Source of the DNA: a candidate division WOR-3 bacterium
Lineage (GTDB): Bacteria; Hydrothermota; Tepidihabitantia; Tepidihabitantales; Tepidihabitantaceae
Length of the DNA stretch: 33,690 bases
Direction: 5' to 3'
Assembly (NCBI GenBank): GCA_965648935.1
Contig: CBFGIY010000018.1
Span: 1 to 33,690 of the forward strand
Every line of letters begins with the position of its first letter. Position 1 is the first letter of the stretch. The position numbers and the translations under genes are program-made. The notes beneath the pieces are model-generated. The model was not told the DNA's origin and made no database searches. It saw only the letters and a program-made list of their open reading frames with translations. This document shows, piece by piece, positions 8,007-16,805 of this stretch.

Positions 8007-8759
8007 TCAGGGACTCAGCCGACTTACACCCAGTGACTGCACAATAGTCCATTCCGCCGCGTTCCGGATGAAAAGCGCGGCCCTGAGCTTGGCCGGGTTC
8101 AGACCGGCGGTCGAGAACCGCAGCGTGTCGAACAACGTATCGCCGCGCGCCAAGCTGACTTCCCGGCCTTGCCAGTCAGGCAGTACCCGCCGCGCCACTC
8201 GGTTCCAAATCGCGCTCAGGAATCCCTGCGTCACGACGCTGTCCTCGGTGATGACGGCAACGAGCCTGAGCTGGGTGCCGGGCGGGATCGAGTCTGCGGT
8301 CACCCTGACCGCGACACCGCCGTTCGAGCCGTCGGCCCAGGCGCTGTCCACGGCGATGCTTGCCCATGTCGGCTTGGACTTCGCCACTGCGACAAGATCG
8401 CCGAAAACCCGGAAATACTGATTTGGCGCTATCTCATCGGTGTGGGCCACCGAGTCGCCATCGAGTATCAGGCTCTTGACCTCGTAACCGTAGCGGGCAA
8501 GATGCAGACTGTCGTCCGGTGCGACGCCAAGCCGGCCGACCGGAATCCACACGACGATCGGCATCGAATCGCCATAGGTGACTCGCGACAGACTGTCCAG
8601 GGCTCGCTCCGCGAGCCCGCAGTATCCTCAGGTCGTGTCGGTGAAAACCACCTCGGCCAGCACGTTACGGTCGGTCGGCTCGACCGGTATCTCGGGCGCC
8701 ACCGAGCAGGCGGCCAGGCCAGCGATCACGGCCGCCACTACCACTCTCTGGAATCGCAT
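8007..8759 (-). CDS. Omp28-like lipoprotein selenoprotein (250 aa, UxxC)
   Basis: ATG 8759: MRFQRVVVAAVIAGLAA-C (lipobox)...RNVLAEVVFTDTT-[TGA 8630-8628]-GYCGLAERALDSL... in frame with track ORF 8007..8564. VITEDSV..WNRVARR resembles the Omp28 C-terminal motif seen in paralogs 1 and 2. Confidence 0.87.
8600..8618 (-). promoter_or_regulatory. Putative bacterial SECIS element for Sec codon at 8628-8630
   Basis: Minus strand, 9 nt after TGA: GGGCTCGC-[GGA]-GCGAGCCC, a perfect 8-bp stem (or 7 bp with CGGAG loop). Confidence 0.75.
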
Positions 8760-8764
8760 GGCTA

Positions 8765-8837
8765 ATCATAGAATGTGCCTTCCGATAGTCAAGCCGGCCG
8801 CATCCGTGCTTGACTAACATCACGACAGGCCGATACT
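8765..8837. promoter_or_regulatory. Divergent sigma70-like promoters (selenoprotein operon, minus; cutA, plus)
   Basis: Minus: TTGACT(8792-8787)-16-TATGAT(8770-8765)-5-ATG 8759. Plus: TTGACT(8810-8815)-16-GATACT(8832-8837)-6-ATG 8844. Confidence 0.65.
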
Positions 8838-8843
8838 TGTCGG

Positions 8844-9173
8844 ATGGCCGAAGCGTTGCTGGTGACCTGCACCTTCCCGGACGAGTCGCGCGCCCGGCGC
8901 GCAGCCCGGGCACTGGTCCGCCGCCGGCTCGCGGCCTGCGTCCAGGTGCTCGGCCCGATTCACTCGACCTACCGCTGGCGCGGCCGGGTCGAAGAGGCCG
9001 CCGAATGGCTGTGCCTGGCCAAGACGACTGCCCCGGTCTGGCCGCGGCTTGAGGCGGCACTCGCCCGGCTCCACCCCTACGACACGCCCGAGATAGTCGC
9101 CCTGCCTGTCGCGGCCGGTTCGCGCCGCTATCTCGACTGGCTTGGTCGTAGCGTCGGGCCGGCGCGCAGGTAA
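8844..9173 (+). CDS. cutA: Divalent-cation tolerance protein CutA
   Basis: LAACVQ, S.YRW.G.VE, KT and HPYDTPEI motifs; 109 aa. Confidence 0.93.
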   Translation: MAEALLVTCTFPDESRARRAARALVRRRLAACVQVLGPIHSTYRWRGRVEEAAEWLCLAKTTAPVWPRLEAALARLHPYDTPEIVALPVAAGSRRYLDWLGRSVGPARR

Positions 9174-9180
9174 GGCTGAA

Positions 9181-10818
9181 ATGCCGCTGCCCGAAATCAT
9201 CGCCGATTTGCAGAGTCCCGACCCGGCGGTTCGGGTCAGCGCGATCGAGCGCCTGCGGCGCATCGGCGGCAACGAGGCCGCCGGCGCTCTGGTGCTCCTC
9301 CTGTCCGACCCTGACCCCGATATCCGCGCCCGCGCGGTCGAAGCCATCATACCCATCGGCCCGGCCGCCACCGAGTCGGTCACCCGCTACCTCGAGTCGT
9401 GGCGCGAGCCGCTCGGCACGGCCATCCCCGACCTCATCGGCCGGCTGCGGCTGGTGTCCGGCCTGCCCCTCTTGGCCCGCGGCCTGATCGAGCCTGACCC
9501 GGCGACCCGCAGCGCGGTCGCGACCGCGCTAGGCCGCATCGGCACCGAAAGCGCCGTGCCGCCGCTGCTGGAACTGCTCCGCGACATGGTCGACGAGGTT
9601 CGCATAGCCGCGGCGCGCGCGCTGGGCGAGATTCGCAGCCCGGCCGCGGTCAACGCCCTGCTCGACGAGATCGGCGACGCGAACCCGGCGGTCCGCATCG
9701 CCGCGGCCGAGGCGCTGGGCCGCATCGGCGACCGCCGCTGCATCGACACGATCGCCCGGCTCTCCGGCGACGACCCCAACCCCGATGTCCGCGCCGCGGC
9801 TCTCGCCGCCCTGCGCCGGGTGAGCGTGCGCACGGTCAACCACCTCGTCGACGCGCTCTCGCGCGACGACGTCAACGACCGCATTCAGGCCGCGACCGAG
9901 CTGCTCAACCAGGGCAAGGCCGCACTCCTGCCGCTGTCCGAGCTGCTGCGCCACCACCAGCCCGCGGTGCGTGGCGCCGCTGCCGAGCTGCTTGGCGCGC
10001 TGGGCGACGCCGCCGCGGTCGACGCGCTGGGCGAGGCCGCCCGCGATGCCGACTCGACCGTGCGCCACGCGGCTGTCACCGCGCTCGGCCACATCCGCCA
10101 TCCCCGCGCGGCCGAACACCTTTCCCGGGCGCTGCAGGACGACGATGAAAAGGTCGCAGCCGCGGCGGCGTGCGGCCTCGAACGCCTCGGCGAGGCCGCG
10201 GTCGATCCGGTTGCCGATCTGCTCAACAGCCGCGTTGCGCTTGTCCGGGTCCGCGCTATCGACGTGCTCGGCCGGCTGCGCCACAAGGGCTCGTGCGAGC
10301 GGCTCATCGCCGGCACCTGCGACGGCGCATCCTGGGTGCGCGTGGTTTCCTGCCAGGCCCTGGGCGAAATCGGCGAGGACCGCGCCGTGCCCGCGCTCAT
10401 CGCCGCGCTCGACGACCGCGACAGCGTGGTCCGGGCGATGGCGGCCGAAGCGCTGGGCAAGCTGCGCGACTTCCGCGCCTCGATGCCCCTCCTCGCTCGG
10501 CTGACCGACGAGAGCCTGCTGGTGCAGAGCAACGTCCTGCGCGCGCTCGGCCGCATCGGCAACCCGGTCGCGGTCCAGTTCGTCACTGCCCAGCTCGACC
10601 GTCCCGAGCCGGAGATTCGCGCCGCGGCCATCGAGGCGCTCGCCGGACTCGGCGTCACCCGGCTTCTTCCGCTGTTCCGCTCGCTGGCCCGGCCCTGGCC
10701 GTTCGGCCACGCCGAGCGCGAGGTGCGCGCTGCGGCCCGGAGCGCGGTCGAGACGCTCGCCGCGCTCGTCGAGGCCGAGCGTGTGGCCGCGCCGACTGAC
10801 ACGGCCCCTCCGGCCTGA
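9181..10818 (+). CDS. HEAT / PBS-lyase repeat protein
   Basis: Many ~31-aa repeats of D.D..VR.AAA.ALG.IG...AV..L; ATG at 9181 just after the cutA stop. Confidence 0.88.
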   Translation: MPLPEIIADLQSPDPAVRVSAIERLRRIGGNEAAGALVLLLSDPDPDIRARAVEAIIPIGPAATESVTRYLESWREPLGTAIPDLIGRLRLVSGLPLLARGLIEPDPATRSAVATALGRIGTESAVPPLLELLRDMVDEVRIAAARALGEIRSPAAVNALLDEIGDANPAVRIAAAEALGRIGDRRCIDTIARLSGDDPNPDVRAAALAALRRVSVRTVNHLVDALSRDDVNDRIQAATELLNQGKAALLPLSELLRHHQPAVRGAAAELLGALGDAAAVDALGEAARDADSTVRHAAVTALGHIRHPRAAEHLSRALQDDDEKVAAAAACGLERLGEAAVDPVADLLNSRVALVRVRAIDVLGRLRHKGSCERLIAGTCDGASWVRVVSCQALGEIGEDRAVPALIAALDDRDSVVRAMAAEALGKLRDFRASMPLLARLTDESLLVQSNVLRALGRIGNPVAVQFVTAQLDRPEPEIRAAAIEALAGLGVTRLLPLFRSLARPWPFGHAEREVRAAARSAVETLAALVEAERVAAPTDTAPPA

Positions 10819-10848
10819 TCCTGCCGACTGCCCGATTGTTCCTGTGGA

Positions 10849-11760
10849 CTAGCTCTCGAACAGGGCGCGCGCGAAAGCGTCCGGGTCGAACTCCTCGAGA
10901 TCCTCTATGCCCTCGCCCGTGCCGACAAACCGTATCGGCACGCCCAGTTCGAGAGCGATCGGTATCAGCACGCCGCCGCGTGCCGTGCCGTCGAGCTTGG
11001 TGATGATTAGCCCGGTCAGGCCGAGCTTGTCGTGGAAAGCCTGGGCCTGGCGCAGCCCGTTCTGGCCGACCGTCGCATCCAGCACCAGCCAGACCTCGTC
11101 GGGCGCACCCGGCTTCACCCGGGCGCAGACCCGCTTGATCTTGGCGACCTCCTCCATCAGGTCGACCCGCGTGTGCAGCCGGCCCGCGGTGTCGACGAGC
11201 ACTATGTCGCGCCCGCGCTGGCGCGCGCGCGTGATTGCGTCGAATGCGACCGCGGCCGCGTCCTGGCCCTGCGCCGACATCACTATCTCCGCCCCGGCGC
11301 GCTCGGCCCACACTCCCACCTGCTCGGCCGCGGCGTCGCGATAGGTGTCGGCCGCGGCGACGACCACGCTCCTGCCGGCCGCGCCGAACCAGCGGCACAG
11401 CTTGCCCACGGTCGTCGTCTTGCCCGACCCGTTCACCCCGACGATCATCACCACGAGCGGCGACTGGCTTTCGCCGCCGGCCGGCTGCCGGCCTGCGGCC
11501 TGGCCCTGTCCGGTCTGCCCGCCGCGCAGTATCGCCGCAATCTCCCGCTCCAGCACCTGCCTGCGGTCGTCGCCCGCGCGCCGCACCTTTTCGACCAGCA
11601 GCTCAGTCGCCCTCACCCCGACGTCGGCCGAGAGCAGCGCCTCTTCCAGCTCTTCGGTCGAGGCCGCGCCGAGCACGCGGGCAAAGACCTGCCGGGTCCT
11701 TGCCAGACCTTCCTTGAGCCGCTTCAGGCCTGCGGCGATGCGTCCGAATGGATTAGCCAT
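10849..11760 (-). CDS. ftsY: Signal recognition particle receptor FtsY (short, NG domain only)
   Basis: GVNGSGKTTT, DTYR.AA.EQ, DTAGR, TKLDGTARGG and G.GE...DL..FD motifs. Confidence 0.95.
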   Translation of the reverse strand: MANPFGRIAAGLKRLKEGLARTRQVFARVLGAASTEELEEALLSADVGVRATELLVEKVRRAGDDRRQVLEREIAAILRGGQTGQGQAAGRQPAGGESQSPLVVMIVGVNGSGKTTTVGKLCRWFGAAGRSVVVAAADTYRDAAAEQVGVWAERAGAEIVMSAQGQDAAAVAFDAITRARQRGRDIVLVDTAGRLHTRVDLMEEVAKIKRVCARVKPGAPDEVWLVLDATVGQNGLRQAQAFHDKLGLTGLIITKLDGTARGGVLIPIALELGVPIRFVGTGEGIEDLEEFDPDAFARALFES

Positions 11761-11841
11761 TCCGCTCTACGCTTGGCGGCGGACGGCTGTCGGTCTCGCC
11801 AATCGCTCCGGCACTTGCGTCTTGACCTGTGGCCTCTGACT

Positions 11842-14800
11842 TCAGTTCGGCTGAGTCTGCTGCCCTGCGGCTTCCTGCTGCCGCTGGTACTCGGCGAGGC
11901 TGACCGACACCAGCGTCGAGATGCCCGGCTGCTCCGCGGTCACGCCGAACAGCACGTCGGCGCGCTCCACGGTCAGCCGGTTGTGGGTGATGATGACGAC
12001 CTGCGTCTTCTGCGACATCGCCTTCAGGTAGTCGGCGAACCGGCCGACATTGGCGTCGTCCAGCGGCGCGTCGACCTCGTCGAGGAAGCAGAACGGCGCC
12101 GGCTTCACCTTGTAGAACGCGAACAGCAGCGACACCGCCAGCAGCGCCTTCTCGCCGTCCGACAGCTGCTCCAGCCGCTTCGGGTTCTTGCCCCGGGGCC
12201 GGGCCACGATCGCGATTTCCGATTCCAGCGGATTCTGCGCGTCGGTCATCACCAGATCGGCCTCGCCCTCGAGGAAAAGCTGCCGGAACACCTCCTGGAA
12301 GTGGCCGCGCACCTCGGCATAGGTTGCGGCGAACGCCTCGCGCGCGTGCCCGTCGATCTCCTTGAGCGTCTGCTCGAGATTGGCCCGGGCCGCGGCGACA
12401 TCGCCGCGCTGACTGCGCAGCCGCTCGAGGTCGTCTTTCTCCTGCCGGTACTCCTGCTCGGCCAGCGGGTTGACCTGGCCCAGCGCAGCGATGCGCCGGC
12501 GTATCTGGTCCAGCCGTGCCGTGACATCGGCGTCGGTCTCGGGCTGGTACGCCGCGATGTCGGTCCCATAGCTCGCGCGCGCCTCCTCGATGATGCCGTC
12601 CAGCGCGCGGCGCAGCTCGTGGACGCGCAACCGCTGGTCCATCACCAGCTGCCGGTTCTGCTCCTGCCGCGCGCGCAGTTCGGCGAGGTTGGCCGCCAGT
12701 TCCTCCTCGGCCTTGCCCAGGTCGGCCGCGCGCAGCGACTCGATCTGCCTCTCGAAATCCGCGACCCGCTGCCGCGCCTGCTCCAGCGCCGGCTCCCGCT
12801 CCGCGATGCCCGCGCCCAGAACGCGCCGCTCCTCGGCCCGGGCCGCGGCCAGGCTCTCCAGCGCGGCGATGCGTGCGCGCGTCTCGTCGATCTGCCGCCG
12901 GGCGAAGCCGCACTCGGCCTCGAGCCGCGAAGCCGCCTGCCGCGCCTCGCCCAGCGCCGCCAGCGCGGCCGATGCGCGCTCCAGCCCGGCGCGCACCGCG
13001 GTCTCGCGCGCGGCGGTCTCGGCGCGAGCCCGCTCCAGCGCGGCGGTCGCCTCGGCGATGCGCTGCTCCAGCCCGGCCAGCGCGGCGCGCAGCTCGACGG
13101 CCGCCTGTTCCTGGCCCTCGCCCTCGGTCCCGAGCGAACGCAGCTCGGCCCGCAGCCGCTCGATGTCGCGGCCGGTTTCCTCGGCCTGCGCGGCCAGGGC
13201 CGCGGCGCGCGCGTCGAATCCGGACCGGTCGCTCTCCAGCTCGGCCAGCGCGACCTCGAGCGCGCTCGAGTCGCGGTCCAGTTCCTCCAGCCGGCGGTCC
13301 GCGCCCGCGATCAGGGCCAGCCGTTCGTCGATGCCCGCGGCCACCGCTGCGAGCCGCTCGGATTTCGCGCGCAACGTGCCGGCCAGGGTCAGCCGCCCCC
13401 GCTCCCGCGCCTCGGCCACAACCCGGCCGTCGCCGAACCGGCACACCCCGTCCGCGGTCACAAAAGACCAGCCCGGGTGCGCCGCGGCCAGCCGACCGGC
13501 CGCAGCCGCATCCTCGGCAACCAGCACCTGTGCGAGCGCGCGCCCGAGCGCGGCCGGCGCGCCCGGCTCAAGCCGGACATGATCGGCCAGCCGGCCGGCA
13601 ATGCCCGGCCCGGCCGGCATCGGCTCGCTTCCACCCTCGGGCGCGGCGGCAAGGAAGCCGAACCGCAGGTCCGGCCGCGCCGCGGCCAGCCGCTCCAGCC
13701 CGTCCGCCGCGACCGGCTCGGCCGTGACAAGAAAGTCGACCAGCGCGTACAGCGCCGCCTCGCAGGCGCGCTCCCAGCCCGGCTCGACCGCGACCAGCTC
13801 GCTCGCAGCCCGCGCCGCGATGCCCAGCGTCGCGCTCACCGCGTCGGCCTGATCGAGCGCGAGCGCCGCGCGCAACGCGGCCAGCTCGGCCTCCAGCCCG
13901 GCCCGCTCCGCGCGCAATGCCTCGACCTCGGACCGGGCGGTCTCGCGCCTCTCGGCCAGCCCGGCCGCCTCGCCGCGCAGTCCCTCCAGATGCGCGCGCC
14001 TGGCCGCGGCCTCATCCTGCGCCGCCTTGACGCTGGCCCGCGCCGACTCGAGCTCGGCCGCGAGCCGCGCCGCGCGCTCTTCCAGGGCGGCGCGCTCCGA
14101 CTCCAGCCGCTCGCGCCGGTCGCGGCGGTTCGCGTCCGCGGCCTCGAGCCGCGCGAGGCCCGACTGGGCCGCGTGCTGCTCCTCCAGCAGTTCGCGCAGG
14201 TTCGCCTGCAGGTCGGCCTCGGCCTGCCGCGCCGCAAGCAGCAGCTCCTCGGCCCCGCGCACCTCACCGCGCACCGCTTCAAGTCCGGTCTCGGCGCGCG
14301 CCTGCGCCGCGCCCGCCTCGGCCAGCCGGGACATCGCGCCGGCAAGCAGACCGTCAAGCTCGGCCAGCCGGGCATCGAGCGCCGCCCGTTCGCCGGCGGC
14401 CTCGCCGTCGGCCGACTCGGTGAACTGCACCCGCTGGCGGTCGAGCAGGTTCCGGTTCTCCAGTCCGGCCAGCGCCGTTCGCGCCTCGGCCAGCCGCGCG
14501 TCCAGTTCCTCGCGGTGCGCCTGCTGGTCGCGCAGCCGCGCGTGCAGCGACCGCTGCTCCTCTTCGAGCCGGTGAATCTCGCCGGTGCGCTCGGCATCGG
14601 CGCCCTCCAGCGTCTCGGCGTCGGCCGCGACCCGCTCCAGCTCGGCGCGGGTCGCTTCATAGTCCGCCTTCAGCTCGACCAGACGCAGGCCCTTCTCCTC
14701 GGCGCGCAGCTTGTCCCACGCCCGCTGCTTGCCCGCCTGCCGCTGCAGGCTGCGCACGAAACGCTCGCGCTCGGCGATGATGTCGTCCAGCCGGACGAGG

Positions 14801-15336
14801 TCCTTGTCGGTCAGCTCGAACTTGCGCAGGCAGTCGGCCTTGGCTTCGTGGTACTTGGCCAGCGACGCCGCCTCCTCGAACATCCGCCGGATGTTGCCCG
14901 AAATTATCTCGCGCATCTGGCGCAGGTCGAAGATCGAGTAGGCTTTGGTGCCGGTGCCGGTCGAGAGAAACACCTCCTGGATATCGCGCAGCCGGCACGC
15001 CTGCCGGTTGAGGTAGTACTCGCTCTCGCCCGAACGGAAGTAGCGGCGCCGGATTTCGATGTCCTGCCCGGTCTCGTCGTCGCCCAGGGTCAGCTTCACC
15101 TCGGCGTAGTTCGTGCCGGGCACGGTGGCGGTGCCGCCGAAAATCAGGTCCTCGTTCTTCGCGCAGCGCAGGAGCGCGAACGACTGCTCGCCCAGGACCC
15201 AGCGCAGCGCGTCGAGAATATTGGTCTTGCCGCAGCCGTTGGGGCCGATGACCGCGTTCATCCCGGACGAAAAGCGCAGCGTCGCCTTGTCCTGGAACGA
15301 CTTGAACCCGATAAGCTGCAGCTCTCTGATGTGCAA
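11842..15336 (-). CDS. smc: Chromosome segregation protein SMC (divergent)
   Basis: GFKSF, Walker A GPNGCGKTN, long coiled coils with central hinge, Walker B/D-loop FLDEVDAPLD and ITHN; adjacent to ftsY; TTG start. Confidence 0.92.
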   Translation of the reverse strand: MHIRELQLIGFKSFQDKATLRFSSGMNAVIGPNGCGKTNILDALRWVLGEQSFALLRCAKNEDLIFGGTATVPGTNYAEVKLTLGDDETGQDIEIRRRYFRSGESEYYLNRQACRLRDIQEVFLSTGTGTKAYSIFDLRQMREIISGNIRRMFEEAASLAKYHEAKADCLRKFELTDKDLVRLDDIIAERERFVRSLQRQAGKQRAWDKLRAEEKGLRLVELKADYEATRAELERVAADAETLEGADAERTGEIHRLEEEQRSLHARLRDQQAHREELDARLAEARTALAGLENRNLLDRQRVQFTESADGEAAGERAALDARLAELDGLLAGAMSRLAEAGAAQARAETGLEAVRGEVRGAEELLLAARQAEADLQANLRELLEEQHAAQSGLARLEAADANRRDRRERLESERAALEERAARLAAELESARASVKAAQDEAAARRAHLEGLRGEAAGLAERRETARSEVEALRAERAGLEAELAALRAALALDQADAVSATLGIAARAASELVAVEPGWERACEAALYALVDFLVTAEPVAADGLERLAAARPDLRFGFLAAAPEGGSEPMPAGPGIAGRLADHVRLEPGAPAALGRALAQVLVAEDAAAAGRLAAAHPGWSFVTADGVCRFGDGRVVAEARERGRLTLAGTLRAKSERLAAVAAGIDERLALIAGADRRLEELDRDSSALEVALAELESDRSGFDARAAALAAQAEETGRDIERLRAELRSLGTEGEGQEQAAVELRAALAGLEQRIAEATAALERARAETAARETAVRAGLERASAALAALGEARQAASRLEAECGFARRQIDETRARIAALESLAAARAEERRVLGAGIAEREPALEQARQRVADFERQIESLRAADLGKAEEELAANLAELRARQEQNRQLVMDQRLRVHELRRALDGIIEEARASYGTDIAAYQPETDADVTARLDQIRRRIAALGQVNPLAEQEYRQEKDDLERLRSQRGDVAAARANLEQTLKEIDGHAREAFAATYAEVRGHFQEVFRQLFLEGEADLVMTDAQNPLESEIAIVARPRGKNPKRLEQLSDGEKALLAVSLLFAFYKVKPAPFCFLDEVDAPLDDANVGRFADYLKAMSQKTQVVIITHNRLTVERADVLFGVTAEQPGISTLVSVSLAEYQRQQEAAGQQTQPN

Positions 15337-15344
15337 GGTTCGGT

Positions 15345-15372
15345 AGTCTAGGATTCAGTCACGGCAAGTCAA
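15345..15372 (-). promoter_or_regulatory. sigma70-like promoter of smc-ftsY
   Basis: TTGACT(15372-15367)-16-TAGACT(15350-15345), 8 nt before TTG start. Confidence 0.6.
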
Positions 15373-15390
15373 GCGCACGGCGCGTCCGGC

Positions 15391-16380
15391 TCACTCCGGG
15401 GTCACGCCTTCAAGGTCGCCCGCGCCCGGCGGCGCGACGGTCAGCGGCGCGCCATCGACCACGACGGTCACCGCGCCCGACGCGCGCCGGTCGGAAAACC
15501 GCGCGACGAGCCGCGCCGCGACGGCGCGGTCACCGGCCCGGTCCGGGATGAGCAGCGCCAGCGGCCCGGGCAGCGCCGTGCCGTCAACCACGCACGAGCC
15601 CGGCGGCCGCCGCAGAAGCAGCGCCTCGTTCTCCAGCCGGTTGCGCCCCACCACCACGCGCCCGCCCGAGGCCAGCCGGAAGTGACGGCCGATGCCCAGC
15701 AGTTCGATGACCTCCATCGAGTCCTCGCCCCGCGCGAACGCGGCGGCCAGCCGGCGCGAATACACCGCCTCGGTCAGCAGGCAGCCGCCGGCCGGATTGG
15801 GGTACTCGGTTATGCCCCACTGCGCGGCCAGGGCCATCTGCCGCGTGCGGCCCCGGCCCTCGATGTCCAGCAGCCGCGACCGGTCCACCAGCCCCTGCTG
15901 TTCCGGCACGGTCGGCTCCAGCAGCTTCGCCGACAGCGGCCGCAACAGGAACCCGCTCGTGCCCGAATCCCGCGCCACCACCTCCAGCGACTGCCGGTTC
16001 TGCGACATCGGCCGCTGGCCCAGCACCTCGCCGGTCGCGACCAGAGCCGCGCCGCGCGCCCGCCCGAGTTCCCACGCCCGGCGGATCATCAGCGCGTGGC
16101 AATCTATGCAAGGATTCATATTCCTGCCCCGGCCGTGCTTCGGGCGCTTGACCATCGCGATGAACCCGGCGTCGATCGGCAGCGTCACCAGCTCGACGCC
16201 CAGCTGCCGCGCCGCGCGCGCCGCGTTGCTCTCGCCCTCGAGCGGCAACGGGCAATACGCCCCGGCGAAGTTTACCCCGACGACCGCGACGCCCTGCTCC
16301 TGCAGCACGCGCACCGCGAGCGTCGAATCCAGCCCGCCCGACAGAAGCGACACGGCCAGCACCGGCGACTGACTGCTCAC
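15391..16380 (-). CDS. PP-loop tRNA thiouridine synthase-like protein (ThiI/MnmA-related)
   Basis: LLSGGLDS PP-loop, NPCIDC, TGEVLGQRPMSQ, PAGGCLLT and GRHFRL motifs; probable GTG start at 16380 rather than 16560. Confidence 0.78.
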   Translation of the reverse strand: MSSQSPVLAVSLLSGGLDSTLAVRVLQEQGVAVVGVNFAGAYCPLPLEGESNAARAARQLGVELVTLPIDAGFIAMVKRPKHGRGRNMNPCIDCHALMIRRAWELGRARGAALVATGEVLGQRPMSQNRQSLEVVARDSGTSGFLLRPLSAKLLEPTVPEQQGLVDRSRLLDIEGRGRTRQMALAAQWGITEYPNPAGGCLLTEAVYSRRLAAAFARGEDSMEVIELLGIGRHFRLASGGRVVVGRNRLENEALLLRRPPGSCVVDGTALPGPLALLIPDRAGDRAVAARLVARFSDRRASGAVTVVVDGAPLTVAPPGAGDLEGVTPE

Positions 16381-16805
16381 GCCCCAGCCTAGCCTGCCGC
16401 GGGCCGCAGCGCAAGCCGCGCCGTCACCGGCCCGGCATTCAGCTCCGGCCGCCGGCCGCCGCCCCGGGAGGACAGAATCACTTAGCCGCGCGAAACCGGC
16501 TCCGATTGGACATTTGGTCAAGTAGAAAGTTTTGTCAGCGATGTCGGGACCGGGCCGCAACCTGTTTTCCGCGCCGAACCGTCCAGCCCCTTGGGTTGCG
16601 GCGGCTTAGCTCACACGGGCGGCTGACCGGCAAGCCGCCGGGGGAACGGTTCCCCCGGCCGGCCTGCAGGCCAACCCAAGTATGAACTTCTGTCAGATTA
16701 CAGGGTCAATCGTTTCATCCGGATATCCCGTAAGTTGCTGTTTCGGTCCCCGGCCCGCCGGCCGCTTCTTTGACTTCGCCGCGCCGGGCGCTATGCTCCA
16801 GACCG

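Noticed and set aside
501..8630. Alternative explanations for the in-frame TGAs: genome-wide UGA reassignment (Trp/Gly) or pseudogenes
   Set aside because: TGA terminates many intact genes here (e.g. 681, 1785, 5942, 8007, 11842), Trp is encoded by TGG, and no housekeeping gene has an internal TGA. Four independent nonsense mutations all at the first position of a xxxC motif and each followed by a hairpin is implausible.
9181..10818. HEAT-repeat periodicity as a DNA repeat element
   Set aside because: Fully explained by protein-level repeats.
11032..15351. 1439-aa plus-strand ORF
   Set aside because: Antisense shadow of smc/ftsY in GC-rich DNA; no recognisable motifs.
16381..16560. N-terminal extension of the PP-loop ORF to 16560 and small ORF 16682..16948
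   Set aside because: Non-protein-like composition, and the conserved domain starts just after GTG 16380; likely intergenic.
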